A stretch of 64,000 nucleotides of DNA. Source: Pseudomonadota bacterium (lineage in GTDB: Bacteria; Desulfobacterota; Binatia; Binatales; Binataceae). Numbering within the stretch: position 1 is the first letter of the stretch; each line of letters opens with the position of its first letter. Positions 37,085-46,731 of the stretch are shown piece by piece. A model generated the notes under the pieces. The model saw only the letters and a program-made list of their open reading frames with translations. It made no database searches and was not told the origin of the DNA. The position numbers and the translations under genes are program-made. The DNA lies in assembly GCA_021323945.1 (NCBI GenBank), contig JAJPKA010000017.1, positions 31,990 to 95,989 of the forward strand, written 5' to 3'.

Positions 37085-38053
37085 GTGCGGAATACTGTTC
37101 ACAAACCGGTACTTATTGCGCATGGCGGTGCGGGCGTACGCACACCAGTGTCGGAACGTGCAGAACGTCGGCGCGCCCTCATATCGGCTGTAGAAACTGG
37201 ACTCGTCGTCCTGCGCGGAGGTGGCAGTGCGCTTGATGCTGTCACCGCGACGGTGGCCGCTCTGGAGAATCATCACCTCTTCAATGCCGGATTTGGCTCC
37301 GTGCTCACGCGCGAGGGCAGGGTTGAAATGGACGCAGCAGTTATGGTTGCGGAATGCCAGGACTCAATTGCTGAAGGAAGCGCGGACGCGCAGAAGAGAG
37401 CCATAACTCGGATACGAGCTGGCGGCGTGGTGTTAGTTAGTCGAGTCTACAATCCAGTCCTGCTTGCGCGTTGCGTCATGGAGCGTACGCCCCATGTCCT
37501 GATCGCGGGTTCTGCGGCTGAGCGCCTGGCGCGGGAAGCGGGAATACGAATGTGTCGACCAGAGCAACTCATCACCGATCGTGCCCGCAGTAGGTGGTTC
37601 GCTTCGCTCAAAAGCCCTAAAAGCGCCTTGCAAGAACATGGAACCGTTGGTGCCGCGGCGCTGGATCGCGCCGGAAATCTCGCGGCAGCAACCTCCACCG
37701 GCGGCGTTTCGGGGAAGATGCCTGGGCGCGTTGGCGATTCTGCGCTCATCGGCGCCGGGTTGTTTGCCAACTCGCGCGGAGCGGCATCGGCGACAGGTGC
37801 CGGTGAAGCAATAATGAAAGCCGGGTTGTGCCGCGAGGCGGTGCGTCTGACGCCGCGGCTTGGGGTGCAGGAAGCTGCTCAACGCGCCATAGAGGAACTT
37901 CATGGAGCAACGGGCGGGGAGGCAGGGGTGATCATTGTAGATTCCCGGGGGCGTTTGGGATATGCCCATAACGCCCAGGCGATGGAGATCGCGCTTTTAG
38001 CTCCTTCTGGAGAAATTGAGCATCTGGCGGTACCTGCGACAAAAAAGGTTTAG
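37085..38053 (+). CDS. Isoaspartyl peptidase / L-asparaginase (Ntn hydrolase)
   Basis: LIAHGGAG, NAGFGS, HGTVGAAALD (autoprocessing Thr nucleophile), and TSTGG, GAG. Confidence 0.85.
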   Translation: MRNTVHKPVLIAHGGAGVRTPVSERAERRRALISAVETGLVVLRGGGSALDAVTATVAALENHHLFNAGFGSVLTREGRVEMDAAVMVAECQDSIAEGSADAQKRAITRIRAGGVVLVSRVYNPVLLARCVMERTPHVLIAGSAAERLAREAGIRMCRPEQLITDRARSRWFASLKSPKSALQEHGTVGAAALDRAGNLAAATSTGGVSGKMPGRVGDSALIGAGLFANSRGAASATGAGEAIMKAGLCREAVRLTPRLGVQEAAQRAIEELHGATGGEAGVIIVDSRGRLGYAHNAQAMEIALLAPSGEIEHLAVPATKKV

Positions 38054-38358
38054 TGGAGGGTTAACGCCAGCAGCCATGACCGGGGCAGCCTCAGTTAGTT
38101 AAACCTTCGGGGTCGTCACTGTTCCCACTTAGCGGTAAATCAGTACGCTCGAGAACAAATACCTGACAAGCAAGAATCTTCGACACTAATTGCCGAACTC
38201 TGCCATTGGTTTTGGTTAGGCTGCAGCAGTTGGTCGCCATTCTTGCCTCCAGCGAAACGGGCCTCGCCGCTTCTGTGAGCTCGCGCTTTTGCCCCGCAAG
38301 ATATGACCGGTGAGGCTTGAATTGCTCATATTCAGCGACTCGACTATCCTTGTGAGTG

Positions 38359-38694
38359 ATGCCCATCTACGAATACGAATGTGCTGTGTGCGGTTTCACG
38401 GCGTCACATGTAGTACTCGGTTCCGAGCAGCTGGAGCATCCTCATTGTCCCGATTGCGGCTCAGTCGAGACGCGTCGCATTATGTCCTCGTTCGCGGTCG
38501 TGGAAAGTGAAGCAGCACGCTTGGAAAATTTCGACACACGCAAGCCTAGGGACGAATCCTTCTATCGCGACGCTCGCAATGTTGGGCTTTGGGCCAAGAA
38601 ACGCGCGCGTGAGTTGGGGGTGGATCTCGGCTCAAAATTCGATGAGACAGTCGAACAAGCACGCAGTGGCAAGTTAATTAAGGATATGATGTGA
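38359..38694 (+). CDS. FmdB-family zinc-ribbon protein
   Basis: MPIYEYECAVCG....CPDCGS is the signature N-terminus of the FmdB/CxxC_CxxC_SSSS family. Confidence 0.8.
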   Translation: MPIYEYECAVCGFTASHVVLGSEQLEHPHCPDCGSVETRRIMSSFAVVESEAARLENFDTRKPRDESFYRDARNVGLWAKKRARELGVDLGSKFDETVEQARSGKLIKDMM

Positions 38695-38739
38695 CGGAGT
38701 TGATTCGCTGTTCCAGTAATCGTAACCGCCGGGGATAGG

Positions 38740-38997
38740 ATGGACGATCAAAAAGACCGGTTCGGCGATAAGATTCGCGACCTGGAAAAGGCGCGCGAGG
38801 ATCAATGGGCACGCGAGCAAGATTTGGCGCTAATCGAAAAGATGCGGGCCCGTCAACGTGGGTTGCAATGTCCACGCTGTGCCGCGGGGTTGGTTGCGCA
38901 GAGCCGCGGTGGTGCCGCCGTGATGGCGTGTCCCAATGGTCATGGGGGGTGGCTCGAGGCGGATGCACTCGAACGACTCGGTGAACCAGCGAAATAA
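38740..38997 (+). CDS. Small zinc-finger protein (TFIIB-type zf-like, CPRC...CPNGHG)
   Basis: 85 aa, with a charged N-terminal helix followed by LQCPRCAAGL...MACPNGHGGWLEADAL. It resembles the bacterial zf-TFIIB domain family. Confidence 0.6.
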   Translation: MDDQKDRFGDKIRDLEKAREDQWAREQDLALIEKMRARQRGLQCPRCAAGLVAQSRGGAAVMACPNGHGGWLEADALERLGEPAK

Positions 38998-39042
38998 AAG
39001 TCTCAGACCGAGCCTCTGGCCGGCGTATCAAGAGCTCATTAT

Positions 39043-39444
39043 ATGTATGCAGACTACGGCGTCCCGTTAGCACTGGTCATCATTGGCTTGTTGTTCATGG
39101 CGGCCATGATGGGCTTGCAGAAGCTGCTTGCTCCTACCAACCCCTTCCGCCGTAAACTGATGCCGTATGAATGCGGCGAACCGCCGACCGGTAGCGCCTG
39201 GATTAACTTTAATGTGCGGTTTTACCTGATTGCACTGGTCTTCGTTATTTTCGAGGTGGAAGTCGCATTTATCTATCCAGTTGCGACGGTCTATTTGGAC
39301 TGGATAAGAAGAGGTCAACGATGGTTTGCGCTAAGCGAGCTGCTGATATTTTTGTTCATTCTCTTTGTGGGGCTTGTTTATGTTTGGGTCAAGCGCGACC
39401 TTGAATGGATAAAGCGAATTCCTGATCAGGATAGTGTGAATTAA
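39043..39444 (+). CDS. nuoA: NADH-quinone oxidoreductase (complex I-type) subunit A
   Basis: YECGEP, FYLIALVFVIFEVEVAFIYP, three TM segments, and first position in the nuo gene order. Confidence 0.9.
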   Translation: MYADYGVPLALVIIGLLFMAAMMGLQKLLAPTNPFRRKLMPYECGEPPTGSAWINFNVRFYLIALVFVIFEVEVAFIYPVATVYLDWIRRGQRWFALSELLIFLFILFVGLVYVWVKRDLEWIKRIPDQDSVN

Positions 39445-39951
39445 ATGTCACTGCTCAATACATTGCCGGATTACGTGCTCACCACCAAGACCGACGAGCT
39501 GCTCAATTGGATGCGCAAATCGAGCTTGTGGTATATGCTTTTTGGCCTTGCGTGCTGCGCAATCGAGTTGATGCATACAGGTGGGCCGCGGGCCGACATC
39601 GAGCGCTTCGGCGCGACGCCAAGGGCTTCAGCCCGCCAATCAGACCTGATGATTATTGCCGGTACCTTGACTTTGAAAATGGCGTTGCGTACCCGCCTGC
39701 TCTACGATCAAATGCCTGACCCGAAGTACATAATCTCGATGGGTAGTTGTTCGAACTGCGGCGGACTGTTCCAACTAGCTTATTCAGTGTGCGACGGGGT
39801 CGACAAAATCTTGCCGGTAGACGTTTACGTACCCGGATGCCCGCCGCGTCCGGAGGCGCTGACCGAAGGATTACTCAAGCTCCAGGAAAAAATCATGAGC
39901 GAGCGGTGGCTTGCCCGCGAGCGGCGCCTGAGCGAAAGGGCGCAGGCTTGA
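39445..39951 (+). CDS. nuoB: Complex I subunit B (N2 cluster subunit)
   Basis: [17 protein letters not shown] and VPGCPPRPE. All four N2 ligand positions are present. Confidence 0.95.
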   Translation: MSLLNTLPDYVLTTKTDELLNWMRKSSLWYMLFGLACCAIELMHTGGPRADIERFGATPRASARQSDLMIIAGTLTLKMALRTRLLYDQMPDPKYIISMGSCSNCGGLFQLAYSVCDGVDKILPVDVYVPGCPPRPEALTEGLLKLQEKIMSERWLARERRLSERAQA

Positions 39952-39952
39952 G

Positions 39953-40456
39953 ATGGAGCCGGTCCAGATCTACGAGCGTCTCAAGCAGCGCTTCCCGGAA
40001 CAAATTCTCGAGGTTGGCGGGAAGCCCGACGTGTTCGCTGTGGTCGACCCCGGCGCGATAGTTGAGATCTGCGAATTTTTGCGCAACGAACCCGAACTTT
40101 GGTTCGATTGCCTGAGCAATGAAACCGGGGTCGATTACAAGGATCGCATCGAGGTCGTCTACCATTTGTTTTCCTATAGGCACCGCCACGGCTGCGTGCT
40201 GAAGGTCAAACTGCCGCGCGAGAACCCCCAGGTCGCTACCGTTGAGACTATCTGGCGCTCAGCCAACTGGATGGAACGGGAGATTTTTGACCTGCTCGGC
40301 GTGACATTCCTCGGTCACAGTGATCTCAGGCGGATACTTATGCCCGAGGACTGGCCAGGTCATCCGTTACGCAAGGATTTTGTGGAACCACAGGAGTACC
40401 ACGGTATCTCGACTGTACGCGAAAGTCCGATAATCCGTCTTGATCAGAAGCATTAG
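39953..40456 (+). CDS. nuoC: Complex I subunit C (30-kDa subunit)
   Basis: WMEREIFDLLGVTFLGHSDLRRILMPEDWPGHPLRKDF. Confidence 0.9.
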   Translation: MEPVQIYERLKQRFPEQILEVGGKPDVFAVVDPGAIVEICEFLRNEPELWFDCLSNETGVDYKDRIEVVYHLFSYRHRHGCVLKVKLPRENPQVATVETIWRSANWMEREIFDLLGVTFLGHSDLRRILMPEDWPGHPLRKDFVEPQEYHGISTVRESPIIRLDQKH

Positions 40457-40553
40457 TAAACCGCAATAAATATCACAAGCCGATCGGGATCGGGCCGGCA
40501 CTCCCCCCAATCCGACCAACCGATTCGGCATCAAAGCAGAGCTGCCAACCACG

Positions 40554-41672
40554 ATGTCCACGCTACGCACCGAAGAAATGACGCTCAACATGGGTCCCCA
40601 GCATCCCTCGACCCATGGGGTGCTGCGCTTTGTAATCAAGGCTGACGGTGAGGTGATGCGCGAAGCCATTCCCGACGTCGGTTACCTTCATCGCTCAATC
40701 GAAAAGATTGCTGAGAAGGTCGGCTACCACGGCTTCATGCCGTATACCGATCGGGTTGATTATGTCTGCGCGATGTTCACCAACCAGGGTTGGGCCATGG
40801 CCTGCGAGAAGCTGGCCGGAATAGAAGTGCCGCGCCGGGGCGAGTATTGCCGTGTCATCGCCGCCGAGTTCAACCGTCTGGCGTCGCATCTGCTGACCGT
40901 GGGACTTATGGGCATGGACATTGGCGCAATGACGCCTTTTCTGCATGCCTTGCGCGAGCGTGAGATGATCAACGACCTGATCGAGGAGCTGTGTGGTGCG
41001 CGGCTGACCTTCAATTACATGCGCATTGGCGGGGTGGCATGGGACCTGCCACCGGGCTGGCGCGAAAAAGCGCTCGCCTACCTTGATCATCTCGATCCCA
41101 TCCTCGACGAATTCAACGCGCTCTTCTCCTACAACAAGATCTGTATCCAACGTCTCGCGAACGTCGCCGTGATCAGCGCCGAAGACGCGATAAACTACAA
41201 TCTCGTCGGCCCGAATCTGCGCGCTTCCGGTGTTAAATGGGATGTGCGAAAGGACATTCCCTATTCCGTCTACCCTGAATTCGATTTCGAGATCCCAATC
41301 GGTCGGGGCGAATGGGGCACGACCGGCGACGCCATGGACCGCTACATGATGCGGATCCGAGAGATGGTGCAATCGTCACGTATTCTGCGCCAGGCGCTGA
41401 CCCAAATCCCCGATGGGCCGGTCCTGGCTAAAGTCGTGCGCAATTTCAAGCCGCCGGCGGGCGAATGTCAGGTCCGAGTCGAAAGTGCACGCGGTGATCA
41501 GGGATGGTATGTGGTCAGTGACGGGAGCAGCTATCCGTGGCGGGTGCACGTACGCACCGGTTCCTTCGCCGCGATGGGCATTATCCAGAAATTGAGCAGA
41601 GGACTAATGATCGCCGACCTGGTGGTTTTGATCGCCAGCCTCGACGTGATCGCGCCTGAAATCGACCGTTAG
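40554..41672 (+). CDS. nuoD: Complex I subunit D (49-kDa subunit)
   Basis: [25 protein letters not shown], and the C-terminal DVIAPEIDR. Confidence 0.95.
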   Translation: MSTLRTEEMTLNMGPQHPSTHGVLRFVIKADGEVMREAIPDVGYLHRSIEKIAEKVGYHGFMPYTDRVDYVCAMFTNQGWAMACEKLAGIEVPRRGEYCRVIAAEFNRLASHLLTVGLMGMDIGAMTPFLHALREREMINDLIEELCGARLTFNYMRIGGVAWDLPPGWREKALAYLDHLDPILDEFNALFSYNKICIQRLANVAVISAEDAINYNLVGPNLRASGVKWDVRKDIPYSVYPEFDFEIPIGRGEWGTTGDAMDRYMMRIREMVQSSRILRQALTQIPDGPVLAKVVRNFKPPAGECQVRVESARGDQGWYVVSDGSSYPWRVHVRTGSFAAMGIIQKLSRGLMIADLVVLIASLDVIAPEIDR

Positions 41673-41694
41673 CGACGAGTCGGAGTGACTCGCG

Positions 41695-42885
41695 ATGAAC
41701 AATTCGTTGGTCACATTAATCGGTCGGGCGATGTTTGGACCTGCCCCCTTGGATCACACGGACCAAGCGGCTGCGATCGCAGTCGCCTGCGCTGTGGTGT
41801 TGTTTGCGATTGCGGTTCCGTTTGCGTCAATCGTCACTTGGGTGGAACGCCGCGTATGGGCGCGGATTCAGTCCCGCGTAGGCCCTAACCGGGTGGGTCC
41901 GAATGGGTTTCTGCAGTGGCTGGCAGATGGAGTCAAACACGTTTGCAAGGAGGATGTCATCCCCGAAGAGGCCGATGCCCCACTCTTCAAATTAGCGCCG
42001 TACTTGGTGGTGTTGGCCTTCATTTTGCCGTGGGCCGTGATGCCGTTTTCATCCATGCTGATCTTGGCCGACCTCAACATCGGCATCCTCTATATGACCG
42101 CTATAACGGCGCTTACGGTAGTCGGGGTGCTGATGGCGGGTTGGTCGTCGAACAACAAATGGTCGCTGATTGGCGGCATCCGCTCCGCCGCTCAGATCAT
42201 CAGTTATGAGATTCCGGCCGGTCTTTCGATTTTCCCTGCCGTGCTGATGACCGGCACGCTCTCGATGCAGGGACTGATTCGGGCCCAAAAGTGGGAGCCG
42301 TATCACTGGTTTATTTTTGCCAACCCTTTCTGTTTCGTTGCGGCAATAATTCTGTTCGTGTCGACTCTTGCTGAGAACAATCGTACGCCGTTCGATCTGC
42401 CGGAGGCAGAGTCAGAACTGGTCGCGGGGTTCGCGACCGAATATTCGAGCATGCGCTACCTGTTTTTTTTCATGGCTGAATGGGGAAACATGTTCATTGC
42501 GGCAGCCATCCTTGTGACACTCTATCTGGGCGGATGGCAGATTCCGCGCTTCAATTGGAGCCCCGCGCTGATGAATCTACTTCAGTTCATCTGCTTTTTG
42601 GTCAAGGTTTTGGTCCTGGTGTTTGTCTCGATGTGGATTCGCGGTACACTGCCGCGCGTCCGCATCGATCAGATGATGTCGATTTGCTGGAAATATTTCG
42701 TGCCGATCGGCTTTATCAACATGATCGGCACTGCAATCTGGGTAGCGTTCTTCCCGCATGGTAGCCGGCTCATGGAAATGGCCATGTTCGCCCTGGCGCT
42801 CGCGATCGTTGCCGCCTTCGCCTGGCGTGTCGCCTACTTCACTCGGCGTTCGCGAATGGAACTATATTTTCACCCGACGATCTAA
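41695..42885 (+). CDS. nuoH: Complex I subunit H
   Basis: ERRVWARIQSRVGPNRVGPNGFLQ, AENNRTPFDLPEAESELVAGF.TEYS. It begins only 22 nt after nuoD. Confidence 0.95.
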   Translation: MNNSLVTLIGRAMFGPAPLDHTDQAAAIAVACAVVLFAIAVPFASIVTWVERRVWARIQSRVGPNRVGPNGFLQWLADGVKHVCKEDVIPEEADAPLFKLAPYLVVLAFILPWAVMPFSSMLILADLNIGILYMTAITALTVVGVLMAGWSSNNKWSLIGGIRSAAQIISYEIPAGLSIFPAVLMTGTLSMQGLIRAQKWEPYHWFIFANPFCFVAAIILFVSTLAENNRTPFDLPEAESELVAGFATEYSSMRYLFFFMAEWGNMFIAAAILVTLYLGGWQIPRFNWSPALMNLLQFICFLVKVLVLVFVSMWIRGTLPRVRIDQMMSICWKYFVPIGFINMIGTAIWVAFFPHGSRLMEMAMFALALAIVAAFAWRVAYFTRRSRMELYFHPTI

Positions 42886-42891
42886 AATCCG

Positions 42892-43707
42892 ATGGGCGTA
42901 GCAGCTTACTTTCGGCACATCAAAGAGGCGGTAGTCACTATCTTCGACGGAATGGCGGTTACTGCCTCGCACCTAATTCGCAAGCCCTATACGATTCAGT
43001 ACCCCGATCGCATCCCGGCTCGGGTCCAGGACAGGCTGCCATTTCGCTACCGCGGCATTCTGGACGTCGATTTGGAAATCTGTACAGGTTGTTTGGCGTG
43101 TGATCGGGCCTGTCCCATCGATTGCATCGCGATGGCAATCGAAAAAAACGCACAGACCCGCGAAATCATCATCTCACAGTTCGACATCGATATCGCAAAA
43201 TGCATGTATTGCGGGCTTTGTAGTGAGCCTTGCCCAACCGGCGCCATCCATCACACCACCGAGTTCGAAGGTGCCGACTATTCGCTGGAAAGCCTGATTC
43301 GCCGCTTTGTGGTTGAACCTGTAGTCGCCTACAAGCCAAAGAAGGGGCCTGAGCCGGATCCAGCGGTCGCCAGTCTGCTAGAGCGGGGTATGAAGTACGT
43401 CGACCAATGGGCTCAGCCTGGGAGCGATAAACCGCCAACGCCCAAGGCCGCATCCAGCGCTCAAACGGCCACTCCACAGCCTGCGAAACCCGCGGCGAAC
43501 CCGGCGCGGATGCCCGCCAAAGGCGCCGCCGCGGCGGCGCCGAAACCCTCGGCCGCGCCGGCGCGGAAAGGAGCCGACGGCCAAGCGGTGACCCAATCTC
43601 CTCCCGCTGAGGCGAGCGTCGATAATCGGGAGGCTACCGGGGAGGCCGCGAATCCAGCAATTGATACCGCGGGAGTTCGCCAGCGCGACAAAACCCCTGC
43701 TTCGTGA
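42892..43707 (+). CDS. nuoI: Complex I subunit I (2x[4Fe-4S]) with a Pro/Ala-rich C-terminal extension of about 125 aa
   Basis: CTGCLACDRACP and CMYCGLCSEPCP. The extension runs in frame up to 9 nt before nuoJ. Confidence 0.9.
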   Translation: MGVAAYFRHIKEAVVTIFDGMAVTASHLIRKPYTIQYPDRIPARVQDRLPFRYRGILDVDLEICTGCLACDRACPIDCIAMAIEKNAQTREIIISQFDIDIAKCMYCGLCSEPCPTGAIHHTTEFEGADYSLESLIRRFVVEPVVAYKPKKGPEPDPAVASLLERGMKYVDQWAQPGSDKPPTPKAASSAQTATPQPAKPAANPARMPAKGAAAAAPKPSAAPARKGADGQAVTQSPPAEASVDNREATGEAANPAIDTAGVRQRDKTPAS

Positions 43708-43716
43708 TCACTCGAG

Positions 43717-44214
43717 ATGGGACCGCTAATAACTTTCTACGCGCTCGCACTGCTCGCCATAGTATCCGCCGCCATCACCGCTTTCTCCCGCAATATAGTC
43801 CATTCGGCGTTCGCCCTGTTCGGTGCCCTGGCTGGGGTGGCCGGAATCTACGTGCTACTCGGGGCGGATTTTCTCTTTATCATCCAAATCTTCATCTACA
43901 TCGGCGGTATCCTGGTGGTAACGATTTTCGCCGTGATGCTGACGCAGGGAATTGCCGATGTAAACGTGTCTAATCGCGCGGTTGGCGTGCTGCCAGCACT
44001 CGTGACCGCCGGAGTTGCGGGAGGTGTCATGTTCTACGCGATAATCCACAGTTCCTGGTATCATGCCCGTCCGGGCTCCGCGACACCAACCACGTACTGG
44101 ATTGGAGACGCGTTTTTGGGTCCATACGTTCTGCCCTTTGAGGTCGCTTCACTTGTACTTTTGGCAGCCTTGATTGGCGCGATAGTCATTTCGCGGCAAG
44201 AGGTACGGGAGTAG
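43717..44214 (+). CDS. nuoJ: Complex I subunit J
   Basis: 165-aa polytopic membrane protein with YIGGILVV.IF and VLPFE..S..LL.ALIGA motifs, in the expected position in the operon. Confidence 0.9.
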   Translation: MGPLITFYALALLAIVSAAITAFSRNIVHSAFALFGALAGVAGIYVLLGADFLFIIQIFIYIGGILVVTIFAVMLTQGIADVNVSNRAVGVLPALVTAGVAGGVMFYAIIHSSWYHARPGSATPTTYWIGDAFLGPYVLPFEVASLVLLAALIGAIVISRQEVRE

Positions 44215-44218
44215 AGCT

Positions 44219-44536
44219 ATGGCAGGGCTGACTTTGAATCATTTCCTGGTTTTGGGCTTGATTCTCTTTCTGCTGGGGGGCTATTGCGTACTGGCGCGCC
44301 GGAATGCAATTGGCATCCTGTTGGGAATCGAGTTGATTCTGAATGCTGCCAACATCAATTATGTCGCATTTTCTTTCTATGGTGGCCAGGCGGCCAAATA
44401 TGACGGCCAGGTGTTCGCGATCTTTGTGATCATGCTAGCGGCAGCCGAGGCCGTGATCGGTCTCGCAATCGTTTTGGCGATTTACCAGAACCTTCGTACT
44501 ATTGACGTTAGTGCAACTGAGAGCCTGAGCGGGTGA
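44219..44536 (+). CDS. nuoK: Complex I subunit K
   Basis: 105 aa with three TM segments, GIELILNAANIN and AAAEAVIGLAIVL. Confidence 0.9.
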   Translation: MAGLTLNHFLVLGLILFLLGGYCVLARRNAIGILLGIELILNAANINYVAFSFYGGQAAKYDGQVFAIFVIMLAAAEAVIGLAIVLAIYQNLRTIDVSATESLSG

Positions 44537-44552
44537 CGGGTGCGGGTGAGGA

Positions 44553-46610
44553 ATGAACAATCCGCAGACGGTCGATTTCATCCGCTGGATAGTGGTGCTG
44601 CCGCTCCTCGGAGCAGCATTTAACTTTCTTCTTGGAGCTACTCTTCAAAAAAAGCTCGGGCGCTTTGCGGTAAGCATCACCGGATGCGGCGTGGTTATCG
44701 CCAGCTTCGCCCTCGCGGTGGCTGCTTTCTTGCGGATGCTCGAGCTCGTGCCCAGCCAGCGTTTCCTGCTGGATGATCTCTGGAGATGGTTTGATATCGG
44801 CGGGCTCAGACTGGACATCGCTTTTTGGCTCGACCCGCTCTCAATAGTGATGACGCTGATCGTGACTGGCGTCGGCGGATTGATCCATTTGTACTCAACC
44901 GGTTACATGCACGAAGACCCCTCGTACTGGCGATTTTTTGCCTGGCTGAACCTGTTCACGTTTGCGATGCTCACGCTGGTGCTGGCCGATAATCTGTGGC
45001 TGATGTTCGTCGGATGGGAAGGAGTTGGGCTGTGCTCGTTCGCTTTGATCGGCTTCTGGTATACGGACCAGGTAAATACGTCGGCTGGTAACAAAGCGTT
45101 TATCTTCAACCGGGTGGGCGACTGGGCGTTCGTCGTCGCGCTCTATTCGTTGTTTAGCGGTCTCAGTAAGGTTGGTCATCCGACCTTGATCATCCGCGAG
45201 ATCGCACGCTATGCGCCGTTATTGGGGACGCAACACGCCTATGCCGGCATCTCAGTGGCGACCTTCGTGACTCTGCTACTGTTTCTCGGCGCGACCGGGA
45301 AGTCTGCCCAGATTCCGCTCTTCGCCTGGCTGCCGGATGCAATGGCGGGACCCACGCCCGTCAGCGCGCTGATCCACGCGGCAACCATGGTTACGGCTGG
45401 CGTCTATATGATAGCGAGGCTGAACTTTCTTTTTTCGATGGCGCCGCTCACCATGCTCGTGGTGGCCACCATCGGCGCTGTCACCGCACTGTTCGCGGCC
45501 ACCATAGGCATTACCCAGAACGACATTAAACGGGTGCTTGCCTATTCGACTATCAGCCAACTTGGCTACATGTTTGTCGGCGTCGGTGTCGGGGCTTATA
45601 CCGCTGGCGTCTTTCACCTGATGACGCACGCCTTCTTCAAGGCCTGCCTGTTTTTAGGTTCAGGCTCGGTGATTCATGCATTGGGGGGCGAGCAGGACAT
45701 GCGCAGGATGGGAGGCTTGTGGCACAAGTTGCCCGTCACCTTCTGGACCTTCCTTGTGGCAACACTGGCGATTTGCGGAATTCCACCGTTCGCCGGTTTT
45801 ATGTCCAAGGACGAAATAATCTGGAGCGCCTTCGACACTGGCCATCCGTGGATCTGGTCGTTGCTCTGGATCGCTGCGGGGCTCACCGCATTTTACATGT
45901 TTCGCCAAGTTTACATGACCTTCTTCGGTGAGTTTCGTGGTACTGATGAGCAGGCGCATCATCTGCACGAGGCCCCGCCATCGATGTCGGCGGTCCTGGT
46001 AGTTTTGGGTCTGCTATCGTTCGCTGGGGGAGCCGTAATGCTACCGCGGTTCATCGCGACTTTTTCGCCCTTTGAGGTTTTCCTGGCTCCCGTATTCGAT
46101 TCACCCCAAACTTTGGCGGTCACTGCCCAAACTCACCATCAGGGCTTGGAGGGATATTTTGCGGCACTCTCTCTGCTGCTGGTGGCAGCTGGATGGCTCC
46201 TTGCGGACCTGACATATCGTCGCAAAATACTCAGTGCCGACCGCATGAGTCGGTTTCTTGCGGGGGTGCCTTACACACTCTCTTTCCACAAGTATTATGT
46301 TGACGAACTGTATGATTATGCAGTGGTTCGCCCTTATATGATGGCGACCCGAGCGGCTGGCTGGTTTGATTTGCATATAATTGACGGGCTGGTCAACCTT
46401 GCGGCGGCAACTACTGTATTGGGTTCTTGGCTCTCGGGATTGTTCGATAACTATGTCGTCGATGGACTTGTCAACCTGGCGGCAGATGCCACGCTGGCCG
46501 CGGGTGGCCGTCTGCGCCGGCTCCAGACCGGTTCAATCAATGGTTATTTGTACGGCCTCTTGGCGGCGGTGATGGTAATTCTGCTCGTGCGAGCTGTGTT
46601 GCACACATGA
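44553..46610 (+). CDS. nuoL: Complex I subunit L (antiporter-like, with a long C-terminal amphipathic arm)
   Basis: 685 aa. VGWEGVGLCSFALIGFW, GKSAQIPLFAWLPDAMAGPTPVSALIHAATMVTAGVY. Confidence 0.95.
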   Translation: MNNPQTVDFIRWIVVLPLLGAAFNFLLGATLQKKLGRFAVSITGCGVVIASFALAVAAFLRMLELVPSQRFLLDDLWRWFDIGGLRLDIAFWLDPLSIVMTLIVTGVGGLIHLYSTGYMHEDPSYWRFFAWLNLFTFAMLTLVLADNLWLMFVGWEGVGLCSFALIGFWYTDQVNTSAGNKAFIFNRVGDWAFVVALYSLFSGLSKVGHPTLIIREIARYAPLLGTQHAYAGISVATFVTLLLFLGATGKSAQIPLFAWLPDAMAGPTPVSALIHAATMVTAGVYMIARLNFLFSMAPLTMLVVATIGAVTALFAATIGITQNDIKRVLAYSTISQLGYMFVGVGVGAYTAGVFHLMTHAFFKACLFLGSGSVIHALGGEQDMRRMGGLWHKLPVTFWTFLVATLAICGIPPFAGFMSKDEIIWSAFDTGHPWIWSLLWIAAGLTAFYMFRQVYMTFFGEFRGTDEQAHHLHEAPPSMSAVLVVLGLLSFAGGAVMLPRFIATFSPFEVFLAPVFDSPQTLAVTAQTHHQGLEGYFAALSLLLVAAGWLLADLTYRRKILSADRMSRFLAGVPYTLSFHKYYVDELYDYAVVRPYMMATRAAGWFDLHIIDGLVNLAAATTVLGSWLSGLFDNYVVDGLVNLAADATLAAGGRLRRLQTGSINGYLYGLLAAVMVILLVRAVLHT

Positions 46611-46731
46611 TCGTGGCAAGAGCGCCTAAATCGAAAGCGCGTCCTGAATGCTCGCTGAATGGTCAATTGCGTCGTAATGCGTTCGGTGGAGTGGTTGGTG
46701 ACGCGGAGCACAAGCGGTTGGCTGCAGACTC

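Noticed and set aside
38091-38366. A 91-aa minus-strand ORF in the spacer upstream of the FmdB-like gene
   Set aside because: It has no motifs and overlaps the start of the FmdB-like gene. Its composition is unremarkable, and the region more probably serves as a promoter or 5' UTR.
40695-41372. A 225-aa minus-strand ORF inside nuoD
   Set aside because: It is a shadow ORF. The plus strand carries conserved NuoD motifs and fits the operon order.
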